A program made the position numbers and the translations under genes. Below are positions 1-15,332 of a DNA stretch of 64,000 bases, one piece after another. This stretch comes from Geosiphon pyriformis uo1 (taxonomy: Eukaryota; Fungi; Glomeromycota): assembly GCA_016748015.1 (NCBI GenBank), contig JAAOMT010000402.1:6983-70982 (forward strand). Direction: 5' to 3'. The notes below the pieces were generated by a model that was not told the origin of the DNA, searched no databases, and worked only from the letters and a program-made list of their open reading frames with translations. The first letter of the stretch is position 1. Each line of letters opens with the position of its first letter.

Positions 1-1872
1 TTACATTTTACATTTTCTCAAATTGTATAATCTAATAAAATAGTTATTTTTTAATGCATTTGATAATTTCTTTAAAATTAAATAGACATAAAAAAATAAC
101 CATTAGATATTAAAAATCGTTAATTTTTCAAAAAAAAAAATGGGGAAATTACGCGAATGTACCAAAACATTTAAGTATATTTTTAGCATAAGAGTTATCA
201 ATATTAAATTTTAGTTATTGAATATATTAATCTAGAATAAATATTAAATATATATACTTATATTATATTCTAGAGAATAAAAATCAAAAAACAGCTAAAC
301 TTATAACCTGATGGAATAATACTTTTATATTTAATAACCTNNNNNNNNNNNNNNNNNNNNCCACTCGGTTCAATTGGTGGATGATCGAAAGGTGAAAAAG
401 TTTTTGCTTAGTTTCTTGTCACAATAGATATCTCAGTTGTACAAAGTAGTTTTTTATTAAAAGTACAAAGTATTTCAAAAGCCTTAACTTCTAAATCTTG
501 TTCAAAATGTAAAATTTTGGTTTTATAGGATTTGTAATTAACAAATACTTTTTTCTTTTAAATAAATTCATTTCTTAAGAAATTTTATTAAAATTAGCAA
601 TATATATTTTTATTATTATTATCTTTGTTAGAATTGAAAATTATTATATTAAGGTTTACTTAACAAATATTTTCAATGTGTCATTCAGTTTTTAATTAAT
701 CAAATATAAATAATTTAAATTATTAAAATACTGTAAAGATACTATTTTAATTGTATTTGCTTTAACATAAATTTCTAATTTTTTCATTTTATTAATTATA
801 ATATTCAATATAAAAAAAAATCTTGTTTGATTAAAAAACAAAGTTAAAAATAGAAAATTGTGTAAGTTTAAATATATTTTTGAATTCGTTTGTTTTTTAA
901 GAAAGATACTTTATTTGAAGCTTTAAAAACTTTTTCCTCTTCATTTTGAGAACAATAGACTAAAATTGACTTTATTTAATAAGTTAAAAATGCATCCCAA
1001 CTGAATTTTTCAAGATCCATTTAACTTTTGTTAGTTAGACAATCCAAATATGACTTTGTTATTATAACTTCTTTAACACGAGTTAATAGATTGAAGAATT
1101 TTCTCTAATGGAATAGCATTATCTTTGGACTTGTTTCACAAGCTTGCATTTGCAGTCGATCCCCTATTATTTCTTTTAAACAACCACTATTTTTTGTTTA
1201 TTCTAATCCTTTAAAATAATCAAGATCTTTTGGCGACCTATTTGTGTATACATTTCAATTTTTCAAGTCACTCTTTAATTAAATAATAAATTATACAAAG
1301 ATGAATGACTTTTGTTATGAAAAATAAACATGCAGGTCCAATTTTAAGGCTATCAGTATTACTGCAATATTCAAAGTTCTTTACGATCATCAGAAAATCG
1401 TCTACTTTATACACTTGAGAATATAATTAATTTTTTGCAACTAGCTATTAATTTTATTTATACAAATGTATTTTATTATCCATTTGATTAAAAAATTAAT
1501 TATTTTATATTTTTGATCATGTGGTTAAGATTAGAACTGTTAAACAGCAAAGAGAGAAAATAATGCTATTAAATTAAAAATACTAATAAAATTTGTCGGC
1601 CTTTTGCGCCATGTAGTTATTTATGGTTTGGTCAAAAAAGTACTATATATTGAATTCCATTCCGGACTATCTCTACCCGTTTAAGAGATGTCAATGAGGA
1701 AATCTAATTTTTTTGGGATAGATGTCTATTTTCACAACTTTCTTTCATATTCTAACGTTACAAGGCCTAGTCTTCTCGGGAATGTGATTTAGGTTAAATT
1801 GCTTATTTATTGGTAAGGTAGACTCTTCTTTCCTTATGTAAAATATATGAAATTTGATAATCCTTTGTTTCT

Positions 1873-4826
1873 TTGAAAACCGTGGGTTGCGCTTCTTCAA
1901 TTGAAAACGCAAATTCACCTCTCGATAACCTTGTGAAAACGACGAAAAATGAGAAAAAAGTATTTAAACTGTATTCAAAAGCAGCAGAAGCGGGAAATAT
2001 AGCTGCACAAACTAATCTTGGATTTTGTTATGCTAATGGAAAAGGAACGAAAAGAAATGAGGAAAAAGCATTGAACTCTATTCAAAAGCAGCAGAGGCGG
2101 GAAATAGAAATGCACAATACAATCTTGCGTTTTGTTATGCTAATGGAGAAGGAACGACAAGAAATGAGGAAAAAGCATTTGAACTCTATTCAAAAGAAGC
2201 AGAAGCGGGAAATACAGCTGCACAAACAAATCTTGGATTTTGTTATGCTAATGGAAAAGGAACGACGAAAAATGTAGAAAAAGCATTTGAACTCTATTCA
2301 AAAGCAGCAGAGGCGGGAGATACAAGTGCACAATACAATCTTGCGCTTTGTTATGCTAATGGAAAAGGAACGACAAGAAATGAGGAAAAAGCATTTGAAC
2401 TCTATTCAAAAGTAGCAGAGGCGGGAGATTTAGATGCACAATACGCTCTTGCACTTTGTTATGAATATGGATTGGGAACGACGAAAAATGTAGAGAAAGC
2501 ATTTGGACTCTATTCAAAAGCAGCAGAAGCGGGAAATATAGCTGCACAAACTAATCTTGGATTTTGTTATGCTAATGGAAAAATAACGAAAAGAAATGAG
2601 GAAAAAGCATTTGAACTCTATTCAAAAGCAGCAGAGGCGGGAAATACAAATGCACAATACAATCTTGCGCTTTGTTATGCTAATGGAAAAGGAACGACAA
2701 AAAATGAGGAAAAAGCATTTGAACTCTATTCAAAAGCAGCAGAGGCGGGAGATTTAGATGCACAATACGCTCTTGCACTTTGTTATGAATATGGAAAAGG
2801 AACGACGAAAAATGTAGAAAAAGCATTTGAACTCTATTCAAAAGCAGCAGAGGCGGGAGATACAAGTGCACAAAGCAATCTTGGAAACTGTTATAGAGAT
2901 GGAATAGGAACGACGAAAAATGAGGAAAAAGCATTTGAACTCTATTCAAAAGCAGCAGAGGCGGGAGATACAAATGCACAAAGCAATCTTGGAAACTGTT
3001 ATATTGATGGAATAGGAACGACGAAAAATGAGGAAAAAGCATTTGAACTCTATTCAAAAGCAGCAGAAGCGGGAAATATAGCTGCACAAACTAATCTTGT
3101 ATTTTGTTATGCTAATGGAAAAGGAACGACGAAAAACGAGGAAAAAGCATTTGGACTCTATTCAAAAGCAGCAGAGGCGGGAAATACAAATACACAATAC
3201 AATCTTGCGCTTTGTTATGCTAATGGAAAAGGAACGAAAAGAAATGAGGAAAAAGCATTTGAACTCTATTCAAAAGCAGCAGAGGCGGGAGATTTAGATG
3301 CACAATACGCTCTTGCACTTTGTTATGAATATGGATTGGGAACGACGAAAAATGTAGAGAAAGCATTTGGACTCTATTCAAAAGCAGCAGAGGCGGGAAA
3401 TACAAATGCACAATACAATCTTGCGCTTTGTTATGCTAATGGAAAAGGGACGAAAAGAAATGAGGAAAAAGCATTTGAACTCTATTCAATAGCAGCAGAG
3501 GCGGGAGATGAAGATGCACAATACGCTATTGCACGTTGTTATAAAAATGGAGAAGGAACGACAAAAAATGAGGAAAAAGCATTTGAATTCTATTCTAAAC
3601 CAATAGAAGCAGGAAGTTTAGTTGCACAATTAAGATTCGAACATTATTATCTAAATGGAAATCCAAGTCGACAAAACAATCTTGAAACAACTCATCGAAA
3701 TGGATGGGGAACTACGAAAAATCTCTAAAATTTATTTAAACTTTATTCAAAAATACCAGATCCGGAAAATATAAGTGTACTATATAACCTTGGATGGTGC
3801 TATCAAAATAGATTAGGAACAGCGAAAAACCTTGAAAAGGCATTTGACCTATATTTAAAAGCAGCAGAGATAGATAACTTAAGTTATTCCAGTGATTTTT
3901 CTAATTTGAATGCCCGCAACCTTACACTAGTAGATCAAGATGACTTAGAANNNNNNNNNNNNNNNNNNNNNNNNNNNNNNNNNNNNNNNNNNNNNNNNNN
4001 NNNNNNNNNNNNNNNNNNNNNNNNNNNNNNNNNNNNNNNNNNNNNNNNNNNNNNNNNNNNNNNNNNNNNNNNNNNNNNNNNNNNNNNNNNNNNNNNNNNN
4101 NNNNNNNNNNNNNNNNNNNNNNNNNNNNNNNNCGAATTCTTTTTCAAATCGCTGGTGGCCTACGATTTATACATGACTCAAAACTCGTGCATGGGGACTT
4201 ACATCCTGGAAATATCCTTGTTTTGAAATTAAACCCCTTAAAAGTAGTCATTTCTGATCTTGGATTTTGTCGTCCTGCCGATTACGCTCCACAGTCTGGG
4301 AAAATATATGGCGTTCTTGAGTATCTCGCACTCGAGATTTGCAAGGGAGCTCAACATACTAAGTATAGCGATATATACAGCTTTGCTATAGTTTCCTGTG
4401 AAATTATTTCAGGAGAAAGACCTTTGAATAATACGGACCCTATTTACGTTCAATTTGATGTGATTGATGGAAAACGTCCTATAATCAAAAAACATACACC
4501 TCAATGTATTCAGGAAATGATTCAAAAAAATTGGCAATATGATCAATATTGTTGTGATAGTGCAGAAGAGCTCCAACAAACAATTATTAGCGCTCGCGAT
4601 AACTGTAACTTAAATGAACCTGTCCGTGAAAAAAGACTTAATTCTGAAGAGATACAAGATGGTAAACATAACACGACAAGATATAAAAGTCAATTAATCT
4701 CGTCACCTAGAAAAAGGGAATCTGCCTCTTTTACACAAGGTAAGCTTTCCATTTAATTTATTCAACATTGAACGATTTTTATTAATACGAATGCCTTTTT
4801 TTCAGATATGGATTGTGCCATTTAGC
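1873..4826 (+). pseudogene. SEL1-repeat + protein kinase (TKL-like) gene, disrupted; spans an assembly gap
   Basis: Tandem 36-aa SEL1 repeats ([23 protein letters not shown]) with a frameshift near 2070 and a stop at 3726-3728. After the N-gap (3951-4132) comes a kinase C-lobe with HGDLHPGN, DLG, SDIYSF, and APE changed to ALE. Paralogue of 58039-60160. Confidence 0.8.
1940..3870 (+). repeat. Tandem 108-bp SEL1 repeat array (about 17-18 units)
   Basis: gcatttgaactctattcaaaagcagcagaggcggga recurs at a 108-nt period. Confidence 0.9.
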
Positions 4827-7204
4827 ATAAATTATTCATTCAATTAAAAATAGAAATCCATGAAATCAGTAAGCACTTGAATATTCTTATTACTATTTAT
4901 ATTCATATTTAACTATAAAATTGTTTAAACAGATGAAAAATTTTCATCAAGAATGGGTTTTTTGTAATATTTTTTCTCCAGCTTTAATTCAATTTTTTAG
5001 ATAAAGTGATTTTGGAAAAGTTTACTACAATTCATATACTCTATTTGTGAATGTCAGATTTATTAAATATAAACCGTTTTCTTACCTTATTAAGAACATC
5101 TATATATAAATATTAAAATATTATTTTTAATCTCTAGACGATAATATATGTACATATATTCCATAACTAAATTACTTTGATTCCCTAATAAATTCATTTT
5201 TCTTTAATTTATTATGATATATAGAAAAGTAGAATTATAAACTATAAATATTTTCAAAAGAAATATAATTAAGGCTTTTAATCTATTTAAGAATAATAAA
5301 ATTTCTCTAATTTCTAAAACCCAAAAATACTTTAATACATAAAATCAACAAAAAAGATGGGTAATATAATAGGGTCTATGGTAGCTTTTTAATGACTATA
5401 AAAAAAGATTCTTGAATCTTATTTGAAAATATTAATTTATTCTTTGTCTTAATCTGGTATCCAAAATAAGAAGTATTAATTGATTATTTAGAGAAGTATT
5501 ACCTCCCTAGAATTAATTTAAGGTTATCTCACAAAAATTGTAAAAAACCAGGACATAATAAAAGAAAAAAGTTCAACATTAACTCTAATCTACGAATCAA
5601 AAGTCTTTAAAAAAAGAAAACTATCAGTATTTATCATAATTGTGTTCATATATTGTTTTTGATAGTGTTGCCACAGTAATATTTTTAAAGCTTTTTAGAT
5701 CTCTATGAACATCTTTTCATTTATCAGTGATAAAAGTAACGGGTTCAGAGGATTGGGTATATTTGTTTTTTCACAATATTTTAAGTTATTATTTTGATTA
5801 GAATAAAAATTAATAATTAAATTCAATATTGAAGAATCTGTTTTTTCTTATTAAATACACCCAATTTTAAAATATCCAGCTCAAAAATAATTGTGAATAT
5901 TTAGACTTAAAATCATCTAACTCTGTCTAATCGTTCACCAAACATTCATAAACTGGTGAACTAAAAACCTTTTTGAAATCCTTCTCAAGTAATTATCCAA
6001 TTTGTAGTCCAAACTATTAAACACGCATCAATAACTTTCATACTATTCAAGGTAATTTTAAATTAATTTACAATTAAATTACTTAAAACATTGAATTAAA
6101 TCCAATACAACGATTTCTAATTAAAATTTTGCTGTAATTTCACAAATTTTAAGCGAAAAAAATTGATAGTTTATGTTTTAGCCAGTAAATTTCGAATTAT
6201 TCAATAAATTAAAAACCAAGCATCAAATACAAGATTTTCATTATTGTGATAACTATTTAGGTAATTAGAACTTCCTTGGTTTTTAAAAATAATTTTATCA
6301 AAGAACCAACTATTATTAAATATATAAATAAGAGCTGAGAATCAAAAATTATTTCCATTAAAGTAAATATGTCAAGTGCAAATATACTAAGAATTCTTTA
6401 TAGTCATTTTTGGAACAATTATTAAACAAACTTAAAATAAAACTTTTTCCATTTTTTGTTTATATACTTACTGATAAAAAAAATAAAAATAAAAATATTA
6501 TTTATTAAGAATTAGATTTTATTTTGCCATAAATCATTTAGAACTTTGATTTTTTTTTTCAAATGATTCAAATATAAACCAATAAAACAATAAAAAAATT
6601 CTAATTTACCTAAATATAATTTTTTTCAAATACCAATAAAGATTTATAACGAAGCAATTAAAATTTATTTATTTCAAAAATATCTTTGAACAAAATTTCT
6701 TTTCAATAATTAAACATCAATTATTAAAATGGTTTAATAAATCTTGATTAATTTGTTTCAAGCTCTAATAAAAATGGAATCTTTTTTTGTATCCCAGCTA
6801 TATTTAAGATCAAAATGAAGTAGGAGTTATTTTTAACATGTGGTTGTAATATTTATTTAGTTTAAAATTCACTTTCAATCATTTACAAAAATCTTTAATT
6901 CTAAAAAAGTTAAAATCTAAATTTTCATGTCAAATATCTAAATTTATCTACATAAAAATGTTTAGTTTAGTATGGAATGAAGAAATATATTTATTTGTGT
7001 AACTTCTACTTTCACTAATAAATGTATAAGAAATTTCTGATAAATTCAATTTCCTAAGCTTTTGTGACAAAAGTTTCTTCTACTTTATAACTTAAAGCTC
7101 CATTATGATTAGTTTAGAAACAAATGGATTCTTAAGAACGGTAAATCCAGCCTTTTTTTTTAAATTAAAGAGTGTTTAAAAGACTAAAGATATATTACCG
7201 GATT

Positions 7205-8744
7205 TTATAATGAAGTTCTCATGTAGTATCCGAAATAGGGTCCTTCATGCGATTTTACCCCAATTTGTGGATCTTGAGACCAGTATTGTGCATTACAATA
7301 CTATTAATTAAAAATAAAATTTATTATTATAATGATTCATTAACCTTTACATTAAACAATCCGACCCTTTCAAAACCCTTTATCATACCGGATTATCTGC
7401 CATCAAAACTGGAAAACATTCATAAACCTCTGGCCACCTATATTGCCCATCTGCTTCATTCCCTTCTTCCTTTTGCTGTTGACAATCACAATTTTGCTCT
7501 TCAGCGATCCAAATCTCATTCGAAATATGTTTCAAAGTTTTTGGAAATTCTGGCACAAAATCATCGAAATAAGTGACACGATTCAATTCTGATATTCGCG
7601 CTTTAACCCATTCATTGAATATTTCGTCACCTATCTTAGGTTGCCCGAACGTGGTTATTATGATCGTGGGTGGTATCTGGCCTAAGCGTGCCAATCGTCT
7701 GTTGAACAATATGGCTGACAGGATACTAAGTGCTTGATAGATTATTTTTTAAGATTATAAATTTTTTAACATTCTGTAAAAATTTTGAAAGTAAAATTTA
7801 CAGAAACCTACCACCACCAGTTCCATGCCCCGTAAAATAATAATCACAACATCCATAATTTCTTTTCTGATCAATTGATCCAGGCACCGCATTATCAATC
7901 AAAATTTGGATTTCTTTCTCAATCGCATTAGCAGTAATCGCATAATATTCATCTACCAATCCATCGAGAAAATTCAAAAATTTTCTCATCCTCACAGGTC
8001 TTTTTTGCCATTGTTCTTTTGTGAATTCTTTCCCACGTATGTAAATTATTATTGGAGGCTTGTTGCTGGTAGATAAAGGTAAAGCTTTATTGAGTAGTTC
8101 TGTATTTGCTGGGAAAATAATAATTTTGTTTGAAATCATATGAGTTGATTCAACGGAATAGTAATGAAGTTGAAGAATTTAAAGGATCCTAATTTTGAGT
8201 TTTATTTACCATATACCCCAGGAGCAATATCAACAACTAATTGATAAGCTTTATTTGCATGCATTGCCAAAATTCTTAATTTCATCAACTTTTCAAAATC
8301 CCTGATCTGTCTTGCAAATCGTTTTTGCCTTTTAACCAAATGTGATTTTGATTCAGATAAAGAAGTTGTATAAAAAGAAGATATTTGCGAAAAATTTTTA
8401 TTGTTTTGTATGGAAGTATAAGAGATTTGGAAATTCTTTAAGTTATTGATCAGGGTTTTATTATTTTTAGTTTTCCATGGTTCTATATTATTGTCTGGTT
8501 TTAATATTTTTATTAGTGAATTAAAACTTTTTGGTTCCAAGAAATTAATGAAAAATAAAGTTGAATGAAAAACTATGGTTATTAAAAGAATGGATATTGA
8601 AATGGCAGCGAAAGATTTTAAAATTTTGTGATTTGAACTTAATTTTCTTTTATGAGATATTATTATGATTTCAGAGAAATAGGAACCGTTTAAATGATAA
8701 TAAAACTTGGATTTCAAATTTAGAAAAAATTTGGGTAAGACCAT
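7205..8744 (-). CDS. Lipase class 3-like protein A with N-terminal TM segment; nucleophile Ser absent (GHGTG)
   Basis: Four exons with GT-AG introns (about 8744-8210, 8108-7812, 7732-7389, 7300-7205). Motifs FTGHGTGG, TFGQPKIG, RVTYFDDFVP and C-terminal HEGPYFG. Confidence 0.8.
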
Positions 8745-8951
8745 CTTTGGAATTTCTACTTGAAACTCTATTTTACAAATATTGATAAAAATGAATGATT
8801 ACTCATATATACAAATATCATGATTTAAAATTATCTTTCTTTGTGTATTATTGGAATTTTATTTAATTGAAATCGGAAAAATCAAAAATCATTGATAAAC
8901 CAGGCTTTTACCAAAAACTTGTTTGCCGAGATTTTTTCATTTTGTATAATG

Positions 8952-8985
<34 letters not shown>

Positions 8986-10339
8986 GGAATAACATTTTAT
9001 TACGTAAATTACAATTTGAAGCAGCTGATGATCATGAATTTAGTAACTAATAACATTTTTAAAAGGATAAGTGTGAGTCATTCCCCTTAAAAAGAGCTTT
9101 CTTTTTAAAATTCTCGATAAGGCTGAAGGGATGACAAATTTGAAATTCTACCCGTTGAAATTTATTTCTGGGATACTTGGAGAAGGTTAAATAATCTACT
9201 AAATGTTTTAGAAATGAAACAGTTTTTGTAAACATTCAGGTTTCATAAAGTGAAAGAGATCTTCCTCATGAATTTATAAATATGGGAAGATTTGAAAAAG
9301 AAATTTTTGAAAGTTGACGAGTTTAATGTTGCTTGCTAAATTTTTATATAATTAAATTTTTTTCAAACAACTTATTTCGACGAAAGACAAGTTTCAACAA
9401 ATTTAGAAAAAAATTCATTTATATTAAAGGATTTTTATTGTTTAAGATATCACTTTTCTTGATTTTCTTTTTTTTAAAAAAATAATCAAAACATCAATCA
9501 AAAATTTACTGAATTAGTCTCTAAATTGATAGAATTATTCGAAGCTTTCCTTTTTGTTCAGATGTCCAAAAATGGATTTCAACAAAAATCATTTTAACTG
9601 GTTGTAACCTTCGTAGAAAAGTTTCACAACCATTTCTTATTAATAGTTAAAAAAAAATTTCAATTTCATCTTTAATTCAAACTAAAATTATTTGATAAGT
9701 CAAAGAATACTTTGAATGAATCAAATTTTTATGATAGGAAAAATCAAAAACAAAAAAAGATTTTCTAATTTCCTGATCGGGAGGGAATAATCATATTTGA
9801 TACATACATGAAAAAAAAAAGAATCTTTTAAAGGAAAATTAAATTGATAATCCGTTTAATAAAAGAAAAAACTCATTTAAGGCTATTATCTAAATTACTA
9901 TTTATTTTGAAATCTCCGTAATCTTTAATTTTTTACCCAATCATAATCTATAAAGTTTTTGAAAAATATTAAAGTTCAAACTTTTTACTGATAAACTTGA
10001 ATTATTTTTGCCAAGCATTCTTATCAGTAATTCATAATAAATAAGAAAAAGCTAATAAAAATATATATCATTATCATCATCATCATCATCATCATAGAAT
10101 TTATTTTTGATTCTAACTTTTTTTACCTTTTCAATTGTGTTCTCTCGTTATCAAATTTAAAAAATAATAATCTTTAACTTGAGTTTTCTATTTAAGCTCA
10201 AACAACGAAATAAACTGGGTGAGCAGAAGCGTATTATTAACTAGCTATTTAATCTTTTTATCAGAAAGTAAATTTACGATATATATAAATCATTTATAAC
10301 GAAAAACCAATTCGAACATTTATTGTTTATGTCCACAAG

Positions 10340-10412
10340 ATGTGGTTTCAAACACTCAAAAAATCTAAAAGATATAACACAATTATTTCAGAGCATTTAA
10401 TAGTCAATAATT

Positions 10413-10464
<52 letters not shown>

Positions 10465-12013
10465 CAACAATAACAACATATATGAGTTCAATATAAAAAA
10501 GACATTTCTCAAGAATATTTTAGAATTTTTACTAATTTTCTTGTTTTTCACATTATTTTTTGGCATTTCATTGATAATTTATAAAGTAAATCTTAAAATA
10601 GAAACACCTATAGAAGATAAATTCATTAGACTTATTCCTCACACCAATCATATATTTTACCATAAAACCAAATATCCTTCTATATCATCAACTACTTTAT
10701 TTCGAAGAGACGAAAAAGTACCAAATGTTGAGGATACTAAATTAATGTATAGCCCAAAAGTGGGGGAAAATAGTGCGTCACTGATTATGGGTCTGGCAAG
10801 AATGGCTCGGACTGCTCATGCCGGGTATTGTAAAAATAACGATGGGTTGGGAGAATTATATCATGGTGTTAAAGGTATGGTCAAAAATATCAAATTAAAA
10901 TAGATTTTTTCGAGTAATCTTATTAGAGGTGGATTCTCTTTAGAAATTTCATTCCACTTTTTTCATTATTATTATTATTATTATTATTTAAGAGATTGAG
11001 ATATTTAAAAATTCAATAATTTTTTATCTATTATCCAAAGTCGAATCACAGTTGACTATAGTGCCAAAACAAATTTACACCTGGTTTTCTACTGAGCACG
11101 AGTTAACGGTAACCCAATGGGAACAACATATCTCTCAAATGGTGAATTTTCCAGCTGCTCCTGCAGCAGTGGATAAAATGTTTTTAGCACCCGTTCTGGA
11201 GATGGAAAAGAATTTAATGCAAAATATTAAAAATCTATTGAAGGTGGATCCTAAACCACCAGAGAAACTCCACTTTACTGGATTTGGAATTGGTGGTGGT
11301 AATTAATTTAATTTAAATTTACCTTTTAATTGTGATTAAAAAATTGGACAATCTCTGAGTCTTTTTTTTAATTATCTCAAATTACTTATATATTAGCATC
11401 TGCGGTAATAGCAGCTTATATAGTCCAAGAAAACTTTTTAGCAATTCCAGAATACTCTTCCTTGCGTATGGTTGTGATTACTTTTGGTCAACCACGCATT
11501 GGTAACGTTCACTTTGCCCGATTGATTAATCGAAGCAAAATTAACATTTATCGAGTGACACATACACAAGATCCCATTATTCGCTTCCCGACATATAAAT
11601 TCGGTTTTCGACATCACGAGATGGAATACTGGATTGGCCCAAAGACTTGCGATTGTGAAGGTACGCCAATAAAGCCAAAGTTTGATATGGGCCCAACAGG
11701 GTTGTCTGAATACGATCTGTTTCGATGTCGGGTTTGGAATGAGAGAAAAGGACAAGTGGAACCGATTGATCATCCGGTAAATTTAAATAATTGTTTGACA
11801 CATATCAATAAATTATTATAATAATTTTTATTCTTTTTTTTTTTGCAATTCAAGGAGTGCAGTGCGGGTCAACCATTTGATGAGAAAGACTCCCAAAATG
11901 CACATTGGGGTCCATATTTTAATGTGAATTTTCAGGACTGCTCATTGGATTATGACAATCGATTTTTTAAACATTTAGATAATCGTCTGAATATACTTAA
12001 GAAAAGTGAATAA
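10340..12013 (+). CDS. Lipase class 3-like protein B with N-terminal poly-Asn and TM segment; nucleophile Ser absent (GFGIG)
   Basis: Four exons. Motifs FTGFGIGG, TFGQPRIGN, RVTHTQDP, HHEMEYWI, HWGPYF; stop TAA at 12011-12013. Confidence 0.8.
10413..10477 (+). repeat. (AAT)n/(AAC)n coding microsatellite giving poly-Asn
   Basis: Trinucleotide run in frame in lipase B exon 1. Confidence 0.9.
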
Positions 12014-12255
12014 CTAAAATAGTTGAGGTATTAAAGGAGATTAGAAACAAGAATAATAAAAAAACCTCATTTTTATTTTGTATACTATTGTAATTTGAAA
12101 ACCGTTTATACATTTAACATGGAACTTTAATAACAAGTCTGATTTAAAAAGAACTTTTATATACATAAATTCTGAAAAAATAAAAAATAAAAAAGACAAA
12201 TCAATATTTAATAATTAAAATTGTAAATTAAGTTTAATTTCTAAAATATTAAAAA

Positions 12256-12297
<42 letters not shown>

Positions 12298-13757
12298 CTT
12301 TGAATACAAGTAATTCAAATGACAATTAAAATAATCAGAACATTATATAAAAAAAATTTATTCAACGTGTTCTTGAAAAAAATTTTTATTTTTTAATAAA
12401 ACAAAAAACTTTTCAGTTTAAAAACTTAAAAGTTATTTAATTAATTAATATATTTTTTCAATTAAAATAAATTAAACTTCATTTCAATTCAATTCAATTC
12501 ATTTCAATTCAATTTAATTAAATTTTTATATTAAATTATTTTCTCTTTTAAATATTTAACAGGTTTTTTAACCAAAATAAAATAATAAAAAAAACTAGAA
12601 ATGATAACTAAATATTTTCCTCAGCCATAAAAAAATCTTGATACAATTTTTATTTTGATTGGAAATAGGATATTCTAGTTTAAATCATGTTTCTCTTTAC
12701 ATTTTTATTAATTAAATAATTTAATTATCGTTGTTTATATTTATCACTAAAAAAAAATTTATTTCAAATTGATTCTTTTTTCTAATCCCTCCCCCCGCCA
12801 TGTGCTATCTAGCATAAACATTTATTTAACATAAACAAGATCATCTTCAAGTTGAAATTTAAAACAAATAAATGAATCAGATTACTTTTTAAAAAAAATT
12901 AAAAATCAAGTTGGGATAAATAAGTTAGTAACATAAAAAAAGATAGTCCAAAATCTAATTTTTTTTTGTTATTCCATCATACCCCTTTTTTGGAAAAAGA
13001 ATCAGATAAAATTCTATTTCAAATCTAAAAAAAAAAAAAGAACTTTATTCAAAAAACACTAAAACAATCAATAGCGTTAAAATAAAATAAAATAAAATAA
13101 AATAAAATAAAAAATGACTTCAACTAGGGTTTAAAATTTTCTTTTGCGAAACCTATGAATCTCCCAAGTTTGATTTGGATGACAACAGTTTTTAAGTGAG
13201 AGTGGAAAGATAAATTCATATCTACCCAATAAATATCTATTTACTAGGTATATGGGTAAAATTTCTTTTTACCAAAATTTAGTAGATTGAACTAAATTCC
13301 CACTTGCCATCATCAAATGACTAAATCTCAACTTCAAATTTAATATTTCTTTTTTTCTTATTAAACTTATATTAATTAAATCACTGACCATCGCATGTCA
13401 ATGACACCATCGCGATATTTTTAAACAGTGGGTCGTTATCTATTTTCTTTAAATAAAATGGTTGATTTTTAGATCATCATTTTTATTTATTTTGCTGACT
13501 AAAATTAAGTTAGAAATTATCCGAAACGTCTTATCTTCATTATGAGATTTTCTTTTAAAAACTAAACCGATTAAAAATATTCCCTAGATAATCGAGAACG
13601 TTTAAATTCCCGGTATTGAAACTCGTAAAATTTTAATGAAACACAATCGAGTTTTCAAGGGCTAAATCGATTTAAAAAATAAAAATATATAAAAACAACA
13701 ATAATAATAACAATAATAACGAAAACTACAACGATTAGAACAAATTTTATTCTTCAA

Positions 13758-14730
13758 ATGATAAAAACTAATTCTAATAATTGCTTCATTCCTATTCAAT
13801 CAGTTCCTTACGAACGTTCAAATACAAATAGTACTTTGACGAAATTTATTATCATAAAAAAATGCATAGACTGGATTATTTTATCGATTTTTTTACTCGG
13901 AATTCTTTTAAGTCTAAATCATATAAATTTTGGAAAACTTGAGATTTCTAAAAATTTATCAAAAGAAAATCATACTTTAAAGAACGACAAGATCTCATCA
14001 AGAGACTTCATTACAAAGAAAATTCATTTTTCAAAAAATTCATTCAATATCTCAAAAAAATTGAAAAGATGGAAGATTGCTACCTTTATTAAAGATAATA
14101 ATGATGAATCAGAATATAAAATCTTAGAACGACTCAATTCAAACAGGCTATCTAGATTTGAGAAGTATGCTAGGATCACAAATGAGGTTTATTGCCGTAA
14201 AGATGAAACAACTAAAATTGGCCAAGGAATTGATGGTCTGTACAAATAAGCCTGTTTTCCTATGGCCTAATCTTTTAAGATTGACATAAAATTTATCCAG
14301 TTTCCACCTTATTTTTTTCTTCCTCTTCATCATCATCATCTTCTTCTTTTGGAGCAGTTAGGGTACAACAAATAGACAATTCACATGAAATTATACTATC
14401 ATTTCGCGGTCAAGATATAAATCATGAGCTTTTCAGGATGCGTGAAAATATCCTTTCCCCATATGAAGCTATCGGTTATGATTCATATCAAGAAGAATTA
14501 GTCGATAATGATTTTTATTCCAGATTCAAAAGAATCAGAGATTTGTTGGATCAGTTGGTTGAAGTTCATCGTAAAGAGTTTTTAACTTATCAATTAAAAT
14601 TCACTGGCCATGGAGAAGGAGGAGGTATAAAAAATATTTTTCTTTTATTTTTGACTCCTTTGAAACTTTCATCTCTTTATGTTTTTTAAATAGAATTATC
14701 AATCAACTTTATTTATTATTATTATTATTA

Positions 14731-14762
<32 letters not shown>

Positions 14763-15332
14763 CTATTTCATAGTATGGGCAGTCCTGAGCGCCCTCGCCA
14801 TTAAAGCAAAACATAATCACATCGAAATAGAAGTATACACATTCGGTGCTCCAAGAATGGGGAATTACATATTTGCACGTAAAGTGAATCGTGAACTCAC
14901 GGTACATCGAATCACATACTTCAATGATCAAGCTCCACAATTTCCTCCTCAAATTTTAACAAATGGAGAAAATAGTTACTGGCATCATTTGCAAGAATTT
15001 TGGATTTTACCGATTCAAGAATGCAATTGTCTGACACCGGAAATGGTAAACCAACCACTTGTAACTACTTATAGAGTTTATCGATGTCTCGAGAGAAATG
15101 ATGAGAATGGGGAGGTATACAATGAACCTGAGGTGAGAATTTAAAATTAAATTAATATTATAAATTATGAATATACAAAAATTATGAGAAAATTTAACTC
15201 GATTCATTACAGGAATGCAATAAAATGGCACAAAAATACCCAAAAGGCGCGTCGGCTGCACATTTCGGTCCTTATTTCGGAGTTATTATGAATGATTGCA
15301 GCCATATCCCTACCATTACACCCGAAATTTAG
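13758..15332 (+). CDS. Lipase class 3-like protein C with N-terminal TM segment; nucleophile Ser absent (GHGEG)
   Basis: Four exons. Motifs FTGHGEGG, TFGAPRMGN, RITYFNDQAP, HHLQEFWI, HFGPYFG; stop TAG at 15330-15332. Confidence 0.8.

Noticed and set aside
1940-3870. Regular repeat array resembling CRISPR, and antisense or alternate-frame ORFs within it
   Set aside because: It is a 108-bp coding SEL1 tandem with no unique spacers, in a eukaryotic context without cas genes; the other ORFs are shadows.
10348-10566. Poly-Leu and poly-Met ORFs (also the 14731 N-terminus and 63297-63497)
   Set aside because: Translations of (AAT)n, (ATT)n and (CAT)n microsatellites.
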